Both the position numbers and the translations under genes were made by a program. A DNA stretch of 64,000 nucleotides, from positions 5,999 to 69,998 of the forward strand of contig NZ_CAXTBM010000028.1 in assembly GCF_964242765.1 (NCBI RefSeq). Direction: 5' to 3'. Within the stretch, counting starts at the first letter, position 1; every line of letters starts with the position of its first letter. Below are positions 55,045-64,000 of the stretch, piece by piece. Origin of the DNA: an uncultured Hymenobacter sp. (GTDB taxonomy: Bacteria; Bacteroidota; Bacteroidia; Cytophagales; Hymenobacteraceae). The notes under the pieces are model-generated. The model searched no databases, was not told where the DNA came from, and saw nothing but the letters and a program-made list of their open reading frames with translations.

Positions 55045-56805
55045 GTGTTTCCCGCCGCTCCTTCTCTTCCCGTCCCTACCCGATTTCTTGTCACGCTAGG
55101 GCTGTTTTGCTTTCTGATAAGCAGCGGGTTCCTTCTCTTAATTTACGGCTTCACCTCGTACGAGCAGGTACGGGCCCTAAGTGAAGTTACGTACCATGAG
55201 GGCGGCTACAAGCATTTGGCTTTGGCGGTAACCCCCGCTTCCTATCAGCTGCTCCGAATAGGATTGGCAGGCATAGCAGGCCTGAGCACCAGTTTGCTGT
55301 TCGCCTTAGGCTATTTTCAAAAAACTGTTCTAAGAGCAGATGCACGCCAAGTGGGAATCGAAATCCAGAAGGTTGCAACAGTTCTGGGTCGTACGGCGCG
55401 CAGGTTGTCGGGGCTGGAGCGGGGCGTGTTTGCGGGGCTGCTACTCTTGCTGCTGGCAGTGCGGGTTTGGTATCTGGTGGCCTACGTCCTCAACACCGAC
55501 GAAGTAGCCTCCTACGATTACTTTGTGCGGCAAGGCCCCCTGGGTATCAGTAGCTTCTACCCCATTCCCAACAACCACCCGCTGTTCAATTTCGTCTGCT
55601 GGCCGCTGTCTTTGCTCTCGGATAATGTGCGGGTGGTGATGCGCCTGCCCACGTTTGTGGCAGCGGCCGTGGGCACGGTTTTGGGCTATCTGTTACTGGT
55701 GCGCAGCGGCGGTTTCTGGGCGGCTACCTTGGCCACGGGCTTGTTCAGTTTGTCGCCGCTGGGCTTGTATTACGCGGTAGCTGGCCGGGGCTATTTTCTG
55801 CAAATCACCTTGTTGCTACTGGCTTTTTCCGCAACGGTGGCGCTGCTGCAACTGCCCACGTACCGGCGGCTGGGGTGGTTGCTCTTTGTGGGGGCCAGCA
55901 TCCTGGGGTTCTATACCATTCCTACGTTTCTGTACCCATTCGTTTCATTGAGTTTGGGGTTGCTGGTTGGTTTTGCTTGGCAGCGGCGTTGGCGGGAGTT
56001 GGGTCAGCTTGTGCTGGCAGGCGGCATTGTGGGGATAGTCAGTTCGTTGCTTTACTTGCCCGTGGTATGCGTGTCAGGCTTTACCCAACTAACAGGCAAC
56101 CATTACGTAGCTGAAATGGCTGCTGCTGTGTTTTGGCGCGACTACTCGAAATATTTGCGGTTCCTCGCCGACATGCTGGCCGGAAACGGGAATTTAGGTA
56201 TGGTGGCGGGCGGCGGCCTCCTAATAGCAGGTCCGTTTTTGGTGCTACTCTTGCCGCGCCGGGCCAAAGTAGTGGGCGCGCTGGCTTGGCTGCTGCTCGT
56301 GGTACCGTTAGCTATAATGGTGAGGCAGCAGGTACTGGTGCCTCCTCGGGTGCTGCTCTATCTGAGTTACTTAGGCTGCGTTCTTGGCAGTTTGGTGGCC
56401 ACCTCGCTTTTTTCGCGCTTACGCGTACCAACCAAGCACCAAGCGTTGCTGATTCTGCTTCTAGTAGCCGCGTACGGAGCCTACCAGTTCGAGCGGCAGT
56501 TGGCGCCGCACCAAGTGGAAGTGCGCGAGCAAGAGCAGATGGAAGCCGCTTACGCTTGGCTGACGGGTTGGGGGGAAAAACGAATCTTACTGGCGGCCCC
56601 GTCATACGAGCTGTTCTTCCACCACTATGCGCTACAGGAAAAGCGGCCGCTACTTTTGCACTCCACTCCCGTTCCTAATCAGACCTACGACTACGTTGTA
56701 CAAGACCGCGACTCCGACCCGCTGCCAGCCTGGGTGAAGCCGCCTCTCTATACTACCGTCTATGAAAACGAATCTGTAATCATTTACGAACGTGCAGCAA
56801 AGTAG
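55045..56805 (+). CDS. Multi-pass integral membrane protein, glycosyltransferase-39/ArnT-like (tentative)
   Basis: 586 aa with more than 10 hydrophobic helices, GTG start. The function is only a guess from architecture. Confidence 0.7.
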   Translation: MFPAAPSLPVPTRFLVTLGLFCFLISSGFLLLIYGFTSYEQVRALSEVTYHEGGYKHLALAVTPASYQLLRIGLAGIAGLSTSLLFALGYFQKTVLRADARQVGIEIQKVATVLGRTARRLSGLERGVFAGLLLLLLAVRVWYLVAYVLNTDEVASYDYFVRQGPLGISSFYPIPNNHPLFNFVCWPLSLLSDNVRVVMRLPTFVAAAVGTVLGYLLLVRSGGFWAATLATGLFSLSPLGLYYAVAGRGYFLQITLLLLAFSATVALLQLPTYRRLGWLLFVGASILGFYTIPTFLYPFVSLSLGLLVGFAWQRRWRELGQLVLAGGIVGIVSSLLYLPVVCVSGFTQLTGNHYVAEMAAAVFWRDYSKYLRFLADMLAGNGNLGMVAGGGLLIAGPFLVLLLPRRAKVVGALAWLLLVVPLAIMVRQQVLVPPRVLLYLSYLGCVLGSLVATSLFSRLRVPTKHQALLILLLVAAYGAYQFERQLAPHQVEVREQEQMEAAYAWLTGWGEKRILLAAPSYELFFHHYALQEKRPLLLHSTPVPNQTYDYVVQDRDSDPLPAWVKPPLYTTVYENESVIIYERAAK

Positions 56806-56863
56806 CGGAATACAACTAAAACTGTGTAAACCAAGCGCCAGGCTCGTAAAGTCACTACTCTGG

Positions 56864-57298
56864 TCAGTGGCCGCGGGCTAGTAGCGCAATGCCACTTACT
56901 ACTAGCAGCAACCCCAGGGCTTGGGGCCAGGCCAATGTTTCGCGCAGCACGAGCACGCCGAGCACAGCCGTCAACAGCACGGAGCCGCCTACAATAAGCG
57001 GCGTGCCCACTGAAGCAGGCGCTCCTTTGCCGTACACCACAAACGTCAGGATTTCGGCTACGCCTATGCTTACGCCAGCCAGCGCGGCTAAGGCAATTCC
57101 TCGGGTGCTAACCAAGTTGGCGGGTAACATCCCCCGCAGGTAGAGCACCAGCAGCAGGCCCGCCCCAACTAGAGCGGCCACCACCTGTAGCACCACCGCC
57201 CCTACCATCTGGTGAATCTGGCCAGCCGCCGCTTTGATAAACAGGTTGTACAGGGCCATGCCCACCGCAGCACAAGCGGCTAGCTGCCACCAGTTCAT
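56864..57298 (-). CDS. Small EamA/DMT-family membrane transporter
   Basis: 144 aa, about 5 TM helices; MNWWQLAACAAVGMALYNLFIKAAAG.... It overlaps the upstream gene by 4 nt (ATGA). Confidence 0.8.
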   Translation of the reverse strand: MNWWQLAACAAVGMALYNLFIKAAAGQIHQMVGAVVLQVVAALVGAGLLLVLYLRGMLPANLVSTRGIALAALAGVSIGVAEILTFVVYGKGAPASVGTPLIVGGSVLLTAVLGVLVLRETLAWPQALGLLLVVSGIALLARGH

Positions 57299-57702
57299 TC
57301 TTCCTCAGCGTCTTGCAGGCGACCTAGCAGGTTCTGCTGCAACTGCTGCCACGCGGCGTAATCTTCGCCTTTGGATCGTTGTTCCTGTAGCTGCGAGTTT
57401 TTCAGCACCACGCGTACGGCTTGCTCGGCCAACTCGCGTAGGTCATCACCGTCGGCGTCGAGGTGGGTAATGGCTTGTACTAAGCCCGGCGGCAGATCCT
57501 GTGCGGGTTTACCTAAGATGCCCGCCACAATTTCGGCGGCTGCTAAGGCCACACTAGCATCAGCAAGTTCTAGTTGTCCTTCCTCTTCGGCCGCCGTAGC
57601 CAGTGCCTCATAGAGCATAGGCTCGTTGGGATTTTCCAGGAAATCTTCGGCGAAATCAGCTGCCGCGTCGTTGTCGAATGTGTAGTAGCCCCAGGTGCTC
57701 AT
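57295..57702 (-). CDS. DUF4259 domain-containing protein
   Basis: MSTWGYYTFDNDAAADFAEDFLE... is the characteristic W.....DND.A.D N-terminus. Confidence 0.8.
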   Translation of the reverse strand: MSTWGYYTFDNDAAADFAEDFLENPNEPMLYEALATAAEEEGQLELADASVALAAAEIVAGILGKPAQDLPPGLVQAITHLDADGDDLRELAEQAVRVVLKNSQLQEQRSKGEDYAAWQQLQQNLLGRLQDAEEE

Positions 57703-57759
57703 GCGTGAAAGTTTGTAGATGATATTAATGGATGTATTCGAGAGCAGTAATTTTACTGC

Positions 57760-58154
57760 ATGGACTCTTTCACTGTTATTTTCGGCGTTTTTGCTGTGTT
57801 ATTATTCACGCACAACTTGATTCGGCATATTCGCAACACAAATAGATTGTTACAGGAAGGCTGCAAAGCAACCGGAACAATTGCAGGTCAAAAATTTAGG
57901 TTAGGCCGTACTTCCGCCTTCCATCCTTTATTCAATTCACTACTACAACCGGCGAAATTATCGAAGTGGAAGGACACTCAGGAATTGCTGTTCCTCTGTA
58001 TTCCAAAGGAGAAAAGGTTACTGTTTATTATGAGGCAAATAACCCTAAAAACTTTGCTTTAGACTCTGAATTCGAGCAGTCAACTCCCTATATAGCTTTG
58101 ATTATACTTTGGATGGTGGTTGCCACTGGCATTGTATACTACGTTTCAAGATAA
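57760..58154 (+). pseudogene. DUF3592-like membrane protein gene interrupted by a frameshift near 57928
   Basis: ORF 57760-58062 gives a TM helix then ...GCKATGTIAGQKFRLGRTSAFHP. The +2 frame continues ...IQFTTTTGEIIEVEGHSGIAVPLYSKGEKVTVYYEANNPKNF...a second TM helix. Joined, the two match the DUF3592 architecture. Confidence 0.65.
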
Positions 58155-58165
58155 CTGAAGGTCAC

Positions 58166-59155
58166 TTACCTAAACTTCTCCCGCAGCAGCTCAATCTCCA
58201 CGGCCGGCGAAATCTTCTCGTACAGAATATGGTACGCGGCCGACGTAATGGGCATGGGCACCATGAGTTTGCGATTCAACTCGTAGATGCTCTTCACGGC
58301 GTAGTATCCTTCGGCTATCATGTTCATTTCTAGCTGCGCTGATTTTACGGAATAGCCCCGGCCCACCATATTGCCGAAGGAGCGGTTGCGCGAGAACTGC
58401 GAATAAGCCGTTACCAGCAAGTCGCCGAGGTAGGCCGAGCCGGACAGGTCACGGGGTTGGGGGTTGAGGGCGTGCACAAAGCGGCGCATTTCCTGGATGG
58501 CATTGCTCACCAGCACCGCCTGAAAGTTGTCGCCGTAGCCGAGGCCGTGCGCGATGCCCGCCGTTAGGGCAATGATGTTTTTCATCACCGAAAAATACTC
58601 GATGCCGTCCAGGTCCTGAGCCGGATTGGCTTTCACGTAGCGGTTGCGCAAGAGGCGGCAAAAATCCTCGGCCAACACCGAGTCGGGCGAGCCGATGGTG
58701 AGGTAGCTTTGCTTTTCCAAGGCTACCTCCTCGGCGTGGCAAGGCCCCGCTACAACGCCCACCTGCGCGTGCGGCAGCCGAAACCGGTCGGCCACGTAGT
58801 CGGTTACCAGCACGTTTTTACCGGGAATCATGCCTTTAATGGCCGAAATGATGCGCTTGTTGCGCAGCGCGTCGCGGTCCAGCTTATCGAGCACGGCTTG
58901 CACGAAGGCGGCGGGCACGGCCAGCACCAGCCAGTCGGCTTCGCGCACCACTTCCTCTAGGTCGGTGGAGGGAAACACGCGGGTCAGGTCGTGGGCCACC
59001 GACGAGAGGTACCGGGGATTGTGACGGGTGCTGCGCAAATGCTGCACGTCGTCCTTGGAACGCAACCACCAGCCCACCCGGGCCCCGTTTTCCGATAAAA
59101 TCTTGGTGAGAGCAGTGGCCCAGGAGCCGCCGCCGAGCATGGCTATTTTTTCCAA
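58166..59155 (-). CDS. gpsA: NAD(P)H-dependent glycerol-3-phosphate dehydrogenase
   Basis: MEKIAMLGGGSWATALTKILSENG... (Rossmann motif) ...NIIALTAGIAHGLGYGDN.... Confidence 0.93.
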   Translation of the reverse strand: MEKIAMLGGGSWATALTKILSENGARVGWWLRSKDDVQHLRSTRHNPRYLSSVAHDLTRVFPSTDLEEVVREADWLVLAVPAAFVQAVLDKLDRDALRNKRIISAIKGMIPGKNVLVTDYVADRFRLPHAQVGVVAGPCHAEEVALEKQSYLTIGSPDSVLAEDFCRLLRNRYVKANPAQDLDGIEYFSVMKNIIALTAGIAHGLGYGDNFQAVLVSNAIQEMRRFVHALNPQPRDLSGSAYLGDLLVTAYSQFSRNRSFGNMVGRGYSVKSAQLEMNMIAEGYYAVKSIYELNRKLMVPMPITSAAYHILYEKISPAVEIELLREKFR

Positions 59156-59240
59156 TTAATTGACACGTAATAATTGACAAGGGGCCGACTTGCCCGCGCA
59201 AGCCAACCGGGAGCTCAAATGTGCGAAGTTTCCTGAACAG

Positions 59241-59278
59241 ACAAGCCCTTGCCCTCTATTCGAGTGGCAAGGGCTTGT
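59241..59278 (-). terminator. Terminator after the adaptor gene
   Basis: ACAAGCCCTTGCC (59241-59253) pairs perfectly (13 bp) with GGCAAGGGCTTGT (59266-59278). Confidence 0.75.
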
Positions 59279-59341
59279 TGATTTTCACGGTTTAAAGCTT
59301 GGTAATAAGTGGTGGCGGGTTTTACGCAGCCATACTCTTAG

Positions 59342-60751
59342 CTATTCGTTGTCGCCAGGGCCTTCTTTCAGGGCTTCTTTGTTGAGGCTCTTGGCATCCT
59401 TAACCACAACCAGCGCCCCATCCTTCAGGGTTTTGGCTACGGCCCGGAACGGTCCGCTCACCACTTGAGCACCGGGTTGCAGCCCACTCAATATTTCAAT
59501 GTTTTGGAAGTCGCTGATGCCCGTCTTGACCGGAGTCATCACGGCCTTGCCGTCATGAATTACAAAAACCACTTCCTGCACATCGGCAGTAGAAGCGGCC
59601 GGGGTGGCTTCCCCGGTCCCGCCGCCTCTACGACTTACCTGCACAGCGGCACCTTGCTCACCCGCCTTGCCAGCGGCGAGCGTGCTATCGGTGCGGGTAG
59701 TAACGGCGGCTAATGGCACGCTCAGCACGCCCGATTTGCGGTTGGTAATGACGTCGACGGAGGCAGTCATGCCGGGCCGAAACGGCACGACGGTGCGGCC
59801 GTTAGTTGTGCGTAGCAGATGGCGGTACGAATCGGGCAGCAGCCGGATCCGCACCTCAAACTCGGTTACGGCTTCGGCGGTCAGGGCGTCTTTGGCTGTG
59901 TTGGCAATGCTGGTCACGAGGCCCCGAAACTTCTCGTCTTTGCTGGCATACGAGTCCACCTCCACCAGGGCAGAGTCGCCGAGCTGGACGTTGATGATGT
60001 CGTTTTCGTTGACGTTGACGCGCACTTCCATGGAATTCAGGTTGGCAATACGCATAATTTCGGTACCCGCCATCTGCGAGGTACCTACTACCCGTTCGCC
60101 TTTCTCCACGTTCAGCTTGCTCACGGTGCCACTCACCGGCGCGTAGATGGTGGTTTTGTCGAGGTTGCGGCGCGCTTCTTCCAAGCCGGCTTGCGCACTT
60201 TGCACGTTGCTTTGCGCCGCCCGAATGCTTTGGCGGGCGCTGTTCAACTCTTCCTGCGAGGCGTCGTACGCGGCTTTGGCGGCCTCATAATCGGCCTGCG
60301 AAATCACCTTCTGCTTGTAAAGGGACGCGTTGCGCCGATACGTCAGCTCGGTTTGCTTGGCGTTGGCAATGAGCTGCTGCAACCGCGCCTGGGTCTGGCC
60401 CACGTTGGCCCGCTGTGAATTCACGGCCGCCGACTGCTGGTTGACCATGGCCCGGTAGTTGTCGGGGCGGATACGCAGCAGTAGCTGGCCCTTCTTCACC
60501 GAGTCGCCTTCCTGCACGTACAGCTCGATTATCTCCCCCGATACGTCGGGCGAAATCTTCACTTCCGTCTCCGGCTGCACCTTGCCCGAAGCGCTTACCT
60601 GCTCCACGATATTAACCGTGGCAGCCTTGGCAGCCGTTACCTCGGTGCCGGGCGGCTTGCCCCACCACCCCTGCTTTTTCCCCAGCACAAAGCCACCAAT
60701 CAGCAACCCGATGACGGCCAGTAAAATATACAATAAGCGGTTGTTCTTCAT
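59342..60751 (-). CDS. Efflux periplasmic adaptor subunit (HlyD/MacA-like membrane fusion protein)
   Basis: N-terminal TM helix, a lipoyl motif (GKVQPETEVKISPDVSGEIIELYVQEGDSVKKGQLLLRI), a long coiled-coil, and a beta-barrel (VSGTVSKLNVEKGERV). Confidence 0.9.
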   Translation of the reverse strand: MKNNRLLYILLAVIGLLIGGFVLGKKQGWWGKPPGTEVTAAKAATVNIVEQVSASGKVQPETEVKISPDVSGEIIELYVQEGDSVKKGQLLLRIRPDNYRAMVNQQSAAVNSQRANVGQTQARLQQLIANAKQTELTYRRNASLYKQKVISQADYEAAKAAYDASQEELNSARQSIRAAQSNVQSAQAGLEEARRNLDKTTIYAPVSGTVSKLNVEKGERVVGTSQMAGTEIMRIANLNSMEVRVNVNENDIINVQLGDSALVEVDSYASKDEKFRGLVTSIANTAKDALTAEAVTEFEVRIRLLPDSYRHLLRTTNGRTVVPFRPGMTASVDVITNRKSGVLSVPLAAVTTRTDSTLAAGKAGEQGAAVQVSRRGGGTGEATPAASTADVQEVVFVIHDGKAVMTPVKTGISDFQNIEILSGLQPGAQVVSGPFRAVAKTLKDGALVVVKDAKSLNKEALKEGPGDNE

Positions 60752-60847
60752 GAAAGAGTAACTGAATGAGAAAAGAGTAACAAAGCAATGGAATAGCCGA
60801 GTAATCGTTGAGCGAAATTACTCAGCTGCTCCATTACTCAGTGCCCC

Positions 60848-62398
60848 TTACAGCGTCAGGGGCCGGCCTTGGTAGAAATCCAGCACCTTGCGGCGGAAAA
60901 TGAACTGGTATTTGGCCTGGATCATGCTCGACTCGGCAGCCGTTAGGTTATTCTTAGCAATATTGAATTCGGTGCCATTGAGCAACCCGTTGTTGAACCG
61001 AATTTCCGAGTTACGGTAGGCGGCGGACAGGGCCTGCACCTGCTGGCGCGAGGCAATGTACTGCCGCTGAGAGGCTAGCGCATCGGCGTAAGCTTGCTGA
61101 ATATTTTGGCGCAGCGTGAGCCGGGCCTGGTCGAGGCGTAGCTCGGCTTGCTTCACGGCCAGCTGCGAACGTTGCACGTTGGTGCGCACCTGCAACCCAT
61201 TTAGGATGGGCACCTGCACCACAAACTGCACCGACCGACCCAGGTTGTTTTTAAGTTGGTCGGGGAAGTCGCTGGAAGTGGAACTGCGCACCGGCTGCTT
61301 GGGCGATAATGCCAAAAAGGACGTAGGCGCGGCCTGACCCGTGACGGGGTCGATCTGAAAAACCGGCAACGGCAACTGCACCGAATCGCCGGTGATGATG
61401 GGGCGGGTGTAAAGCGAGGAGTAGCCCGTGAAGATACTGGCATTCAAGAACAAGCGGGGATAATAGCCCCCGCGCGCCACGTCCACGTTGCGTAGGGCCG
61501 AGCGCACGCGCAAATCAGCCGCCTTGATGTCGGGTTGCTGCGCCTGCGCCGTCTGATAGGTTGCATCCGGGTCCGTATCATCGAGCGACTGCTCGTTGGG
61601 GTCAGCCAGCTGGGGCGTCGTTATCTGCAAGGCGCGGGTAGCGGCGGCATCCAGATTCAAGAGTTGGGCCAGTTGCAAACGCGCAATGGTTAGCTGATTC
61701 TGAGCCGTAACCACATTATATTGATCGGTGGCGAGTTGCGCCTGGCTATCAAGCAAGTTGCTTTCCGCCACGCTACCGGCTTTTAGCAGCAGCTTGGTGC
61801 GCTCTACCTGCTGCTGCGAGCTGTTCACGCGCACTTCGTTGGAGCGTAGCAGTTCCGCGGCCAGTACGGTTTGCAAAAACGCCGAAGCCACATTGAGCGC
61901 TAAATCGTTGCGGGCCTTGTCGGCATCGTACACGCCCGCCTCAAATTCCAGCGCGTTGCGCTTCACCGTATTACGCAGCTGAAATCCCGAAAACAAGGTT
62001 ATCTGCGTGTTGCCCGAGAAGTTGTTGGTGCGCGTGGTCTGGTCCTGAAACACGTTGGTGAGCGGGTTCACGGTCGTACCATAGTTCCAGGCCTGCGTGC
62101 CCGACAAGTTGGCGGTGGGCAGCAGCGCCGCCTTGCTCTGGCGGAGCGTAGCCGCATTCACATCCGATGACAGCTGACTCTGGCGCACCGTCAGGTTGTT
62201 TTGCAGGGCATAATCGATGGCGCTTTGCAGCGTCCAGGGTCCCGTAGGCGAGGCGGCCTGAGCCGCTACCGTACCCGCCGGTGGCTGCGCGGGCGTGGTG
62301 GTTTGAGCCGTAGCCAGGTTACTCAGCAGCAGCAGCGCGCCGCAGCCGGTCGCCCGCAAAGGGTGTAACCGAGAAGTAAAGCGTGGTTTCATAAGCAC
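60848..62398 (-). CDS. TolC-family outer-membrane efflux protein
   Basis: 516 aa with a signal peptide and two OEP repeats (...LQSAIDYALQNNLTVRQSQL..., ...ARLQLAQLLN...). Confidence 0.9.
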   Translation of the reverse strand: MLMKPRFTSRLHPLRATGCGALLLLSNLATAQTTTPAQPPAGTVAAQAASPTGPWTLQSAIDYALQNNLTVRQSQLSSDVNAATLRQSKAALLPTANLSGTQAWNYGTTVNPLTNVFQDQTTRTNNFSGNTQITLFSGFQLRNTVKRNALEFEAGVYDADKARNDLALNVASAFLQTVLAAELLRSNEVRVNSSQQQVERTKLLLKAGSVAESNLLDSQAQLATDQYNVVTAQNQLTIARLQLAQLLNLDAAATRALQITTPQLADPNEQSLDDTDPDATYQTAQAQQPDIKAADLRVRSALRNVDVARGGYYPRLFLNASIFTGYSSLYTRPIITGDSVQLPLPVFQIDPVTGQAAPTSFLALSPKQPVRSSTSSDFPDQLKNNLGRSVQFVVQVPILNGLQVRTNVQRSQLAVKQAELRLDQARLTLRQNIQQAYADALASQRQYIASRQQVQALSAAYRNSEIRFNNGLLNGTEFNIAKNNLTAAESSMIQAKYQFIFRRKVLDFYQGRPLTL

Positions 62399-62413
62399 CA
62401 GACAGGCAAAAGA

Positions 62414-63094
62414 TTAGGTGATATTCGGAATATACGTGACGCGGTGCACCCAGCGCAGTTGGCGCAGATACTCCAGCGTGATGTCTTTCAGGTCGGAATC
62501 CATCTCAATGAAATGCCGCGCCCGGTCGTTCTTGCCCTTCCGCGACACCGACATGGTGGCAATGTTACAATCGTCGTGCGCAATCACCGAGGCGATAAAA
62601 GCAATGGAGCCCGTGCGGTCGTCGGCATCGAGGATAAGCGTGTGCAGAGAAGCCGAGAAATCAGCCGGAAAACCATCGACCTCCACAATCCGAATCACGC
62701 CGCCGCCCCTGCTTTGCCCCACTACCTCCACCTGCTGGCTGGTGCGCTCGTCGCGCAGCTGCACCTTAATGGTGTTCGGGTGCATGGTCGAGGCGTTGCC
62801 TACGCTCTGAAACGTATACTGCAAGTTAGCTTCTTGGGCGTGGTCGAGAGCCTCGCGGATGCGCACGTCGTCGGTGGCATAGCCCAGCAGGCCCCCAATG
62901 ATGGCGCGGTCGGAACCATGCCCTTCGTAGGTGCGGGCAAACGAGTTGTAGAAGGTGATGATGGCGTGCGTTGGAATACTGCCGAGGATGCGGATAGCAG
63001 CCCGGGCAATACGCACTACGCCTGCCGTGTGCGAAGAACTGGGCCCGATCATCACCGGCCCAATCATGTCGAAAATACTGCTTTTCTCAGCCAT
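62414..63094 (-). CDS. sdaAB: L-serine ammonia-lyase (Fe-S dependent), beta subunit
   Basis: MAEKSSIFDMIGPVMIGPSSSHTAGVVRIARAA... plus a C-terminal ACT-like domain. Start ATG 63092-63094. Confidence 0.9.
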   Translation of the reverse strand: MAEKSSIFDMIGPVMIGPSSSHTAGVVRIARAAIRILGSIPTHAIITFYNSFARTYEGHGSDRAIIGGLLGYATDDVRIREALDHAQEANLQYTFQSVGNASTMHPNTIKVQLRDERTSQQVEVVGQSRGGGVIRIVEVDGFPADFSASLHTLILDADDRTGSIAFIASVIAHDDCNIATMSVSRKGKNDRARHFIEMDSDLKDITLEYLRQLRWVHRVTYIPNIT

Positions 63095-63288
63095 AAGACG
63101 GGGTAAAGGTATCAGATTCGACGGGGATACCAAGTGACAAGCCAGGGCTGATTTTTCGACTCCGGCGCCCTTTGAAGCACTATCAGAGGTATAGATGCAG
63201 TCCGGCGGGCAGGGGTTGCCCGCCGGGTGTCAATTCGCCGCCTTTTTCGTTCTTTGTGTTGGATTCACCTACCACCACTCCTTAGTCT

Positions 63289-64000
63289 ATGCCTACTCCC
63301 GAGGACGAGTTTTCGCCCGCCGTATGGAACCAGCTTCGCCGATTGCAGGAAAAGTATGCCGCTGATGGCCAAGATCTGGCTGCTTACTTAGAAGGATTAT
63401 ACCACGCCGACTACGTTAACTACTGGGACTACATCAACCTCGATACGCTCCTGAGTTTGCAACGCCCGCTCACCAAGATTCCCGACGAGCGGATCTTTAT
63501 CATGTACCACCAGATTACCGAGCTGTACTTCAAGCTCTGTCTCTGCGAATACGAGCAGATTGGCGAGTTGCAGCAGCCTACGTTGCAGGAGCTAGTCTTG
63601 CGCGTGGGCCGCATCAACCGATACTTCGAGAACCTGATTGATTCGTTCGACGTGATGGTCGATGGCATGGACAAGCAGCAGTTTCTACAGTTTCGCATGG
63701 CCCTGATGCCAGCGTCGGGTTTTCAGTCGGTGCAGTACCGGATGATAGAAATTGCGAGTACCTCTCTCGACAACTTGGTGGATAAGGAGAAGCGCCGGTT
63801 GCTCGGCGAAGCCGCCGCGCACGACGAACTACTGGGCTGCATCTATTGGAAAGCGGGAGCAACTATTGAGGAGAGTGGCGCCAAAGCACTAACACTCATT
63901 CAGTTCGAAGAAAAGTACACCCAGCAGCTTAGTGCGCACGCCGCCCACTACCACAACCGCAACGTATGGAACGTGGTGCAGCGCCTACCCGAAACCGACC
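63289..64000 (+). CDS. kynA: Tryptophan 2,3-dioxygenase family protein; 3'-truncated by the window edge
   Basis: My own translation gives MPTPEDEFSP...YWDYINLDTLLSLQRPLTKIPDERIFIMYHQITELYFKL...MPASGFQSVQYRMIE, which are TDO hallmark motifs. The frame is open to the window end. Confidence 0.85.
   Translation, partial: MPTPEDEFSPAVWNQLRRLQEKYAADGQDLAAYLEGLYHADYVNYWDYINLDTLLSLQRPLTKIPDERIFIMYHQITELYFKLCLCEYEQIGELQQPTLQELVLRVGRINRYFENLIDSFDVMVDGMDKQQFLQFRMALMPASGFQSVQYRMIEIASTSLDNLVDKEKRRLLGEAAAHDELLGCIYWKAGATIEESGAKALTLIQFEEKYTQQLSAHAAHYHNRNVWNVVQRLPETD

Overview
This is a 64-kb chromosomal window from a high-G+C Bacteroidota genome. The protein families look Cytophagales/Hymenobacter-like, but that taxon call is inference. 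I support about 55 protein-coding genes and one tRNA-Thr(UGU). I found no rRNA, CRISPR array, transposase or integrase. All family names come from motif recognition by eye in the supplied translations, with no database search.

Housekeeping genes: hisIE 3' end, gyrA, kptA, pdxH, maf, gpsA, sdaAB and the kynA 5' end. Envelope and transport genes: a TPR protein, a DUF937-OmpA protein, a TonB-dependent receptor, an L,D-transpeptidase, two S9 peptidases, a GMC oxidoreductase pair and a TolC/adaptor pair.

The main accessory region is a roughly 15-kb copper-centred metal-resistance block at 27.3-42.4 kb. It contains:
- an AraC regulator with an N-terminal HMA-like domain, a cupredoxin-like protein, CopA and a CDF transporter
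- a Cys/His-rich secreted protein and an HMBD lipoprotein with a duplicated domain
- a decayed HMBD pseudogene
- an HME-RND operon (OMF, adaptor, CusA/CzcA-type pump)
- a perfect 22-bp inverted repeat
- an ArsR-DUF6428-metallophosphoesterase operon with no pump

The best candidate for something undescribed is a 203-aa exported, membrane-anchored protein (35387-35998). It is translationally coupled between the OMF and adaptor genes of the RND operon. Its mature N-terminus carries an H-x-G-E-D-H-G-x-x-A-K-A-S-T motif that recurs in the adaptor.

Other points worth a second look:
- a low-G+C roughly 2-kb island (about 330-2390) holding a probably frameshifted unknown gene and about 1 kb of ORF-free AT-rich DNA
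- an NAD+/ADP-ribose-themed cluster (HD hydrolase, KptA, Xre-RES toxin-antitoxin)
- intergenic arrays of short inverted 'word' repeats
- a frameshifted DUF3592 gene
- a TolC/adaptor pair with no cognate pump, co-oriented with an orphan sdaAB
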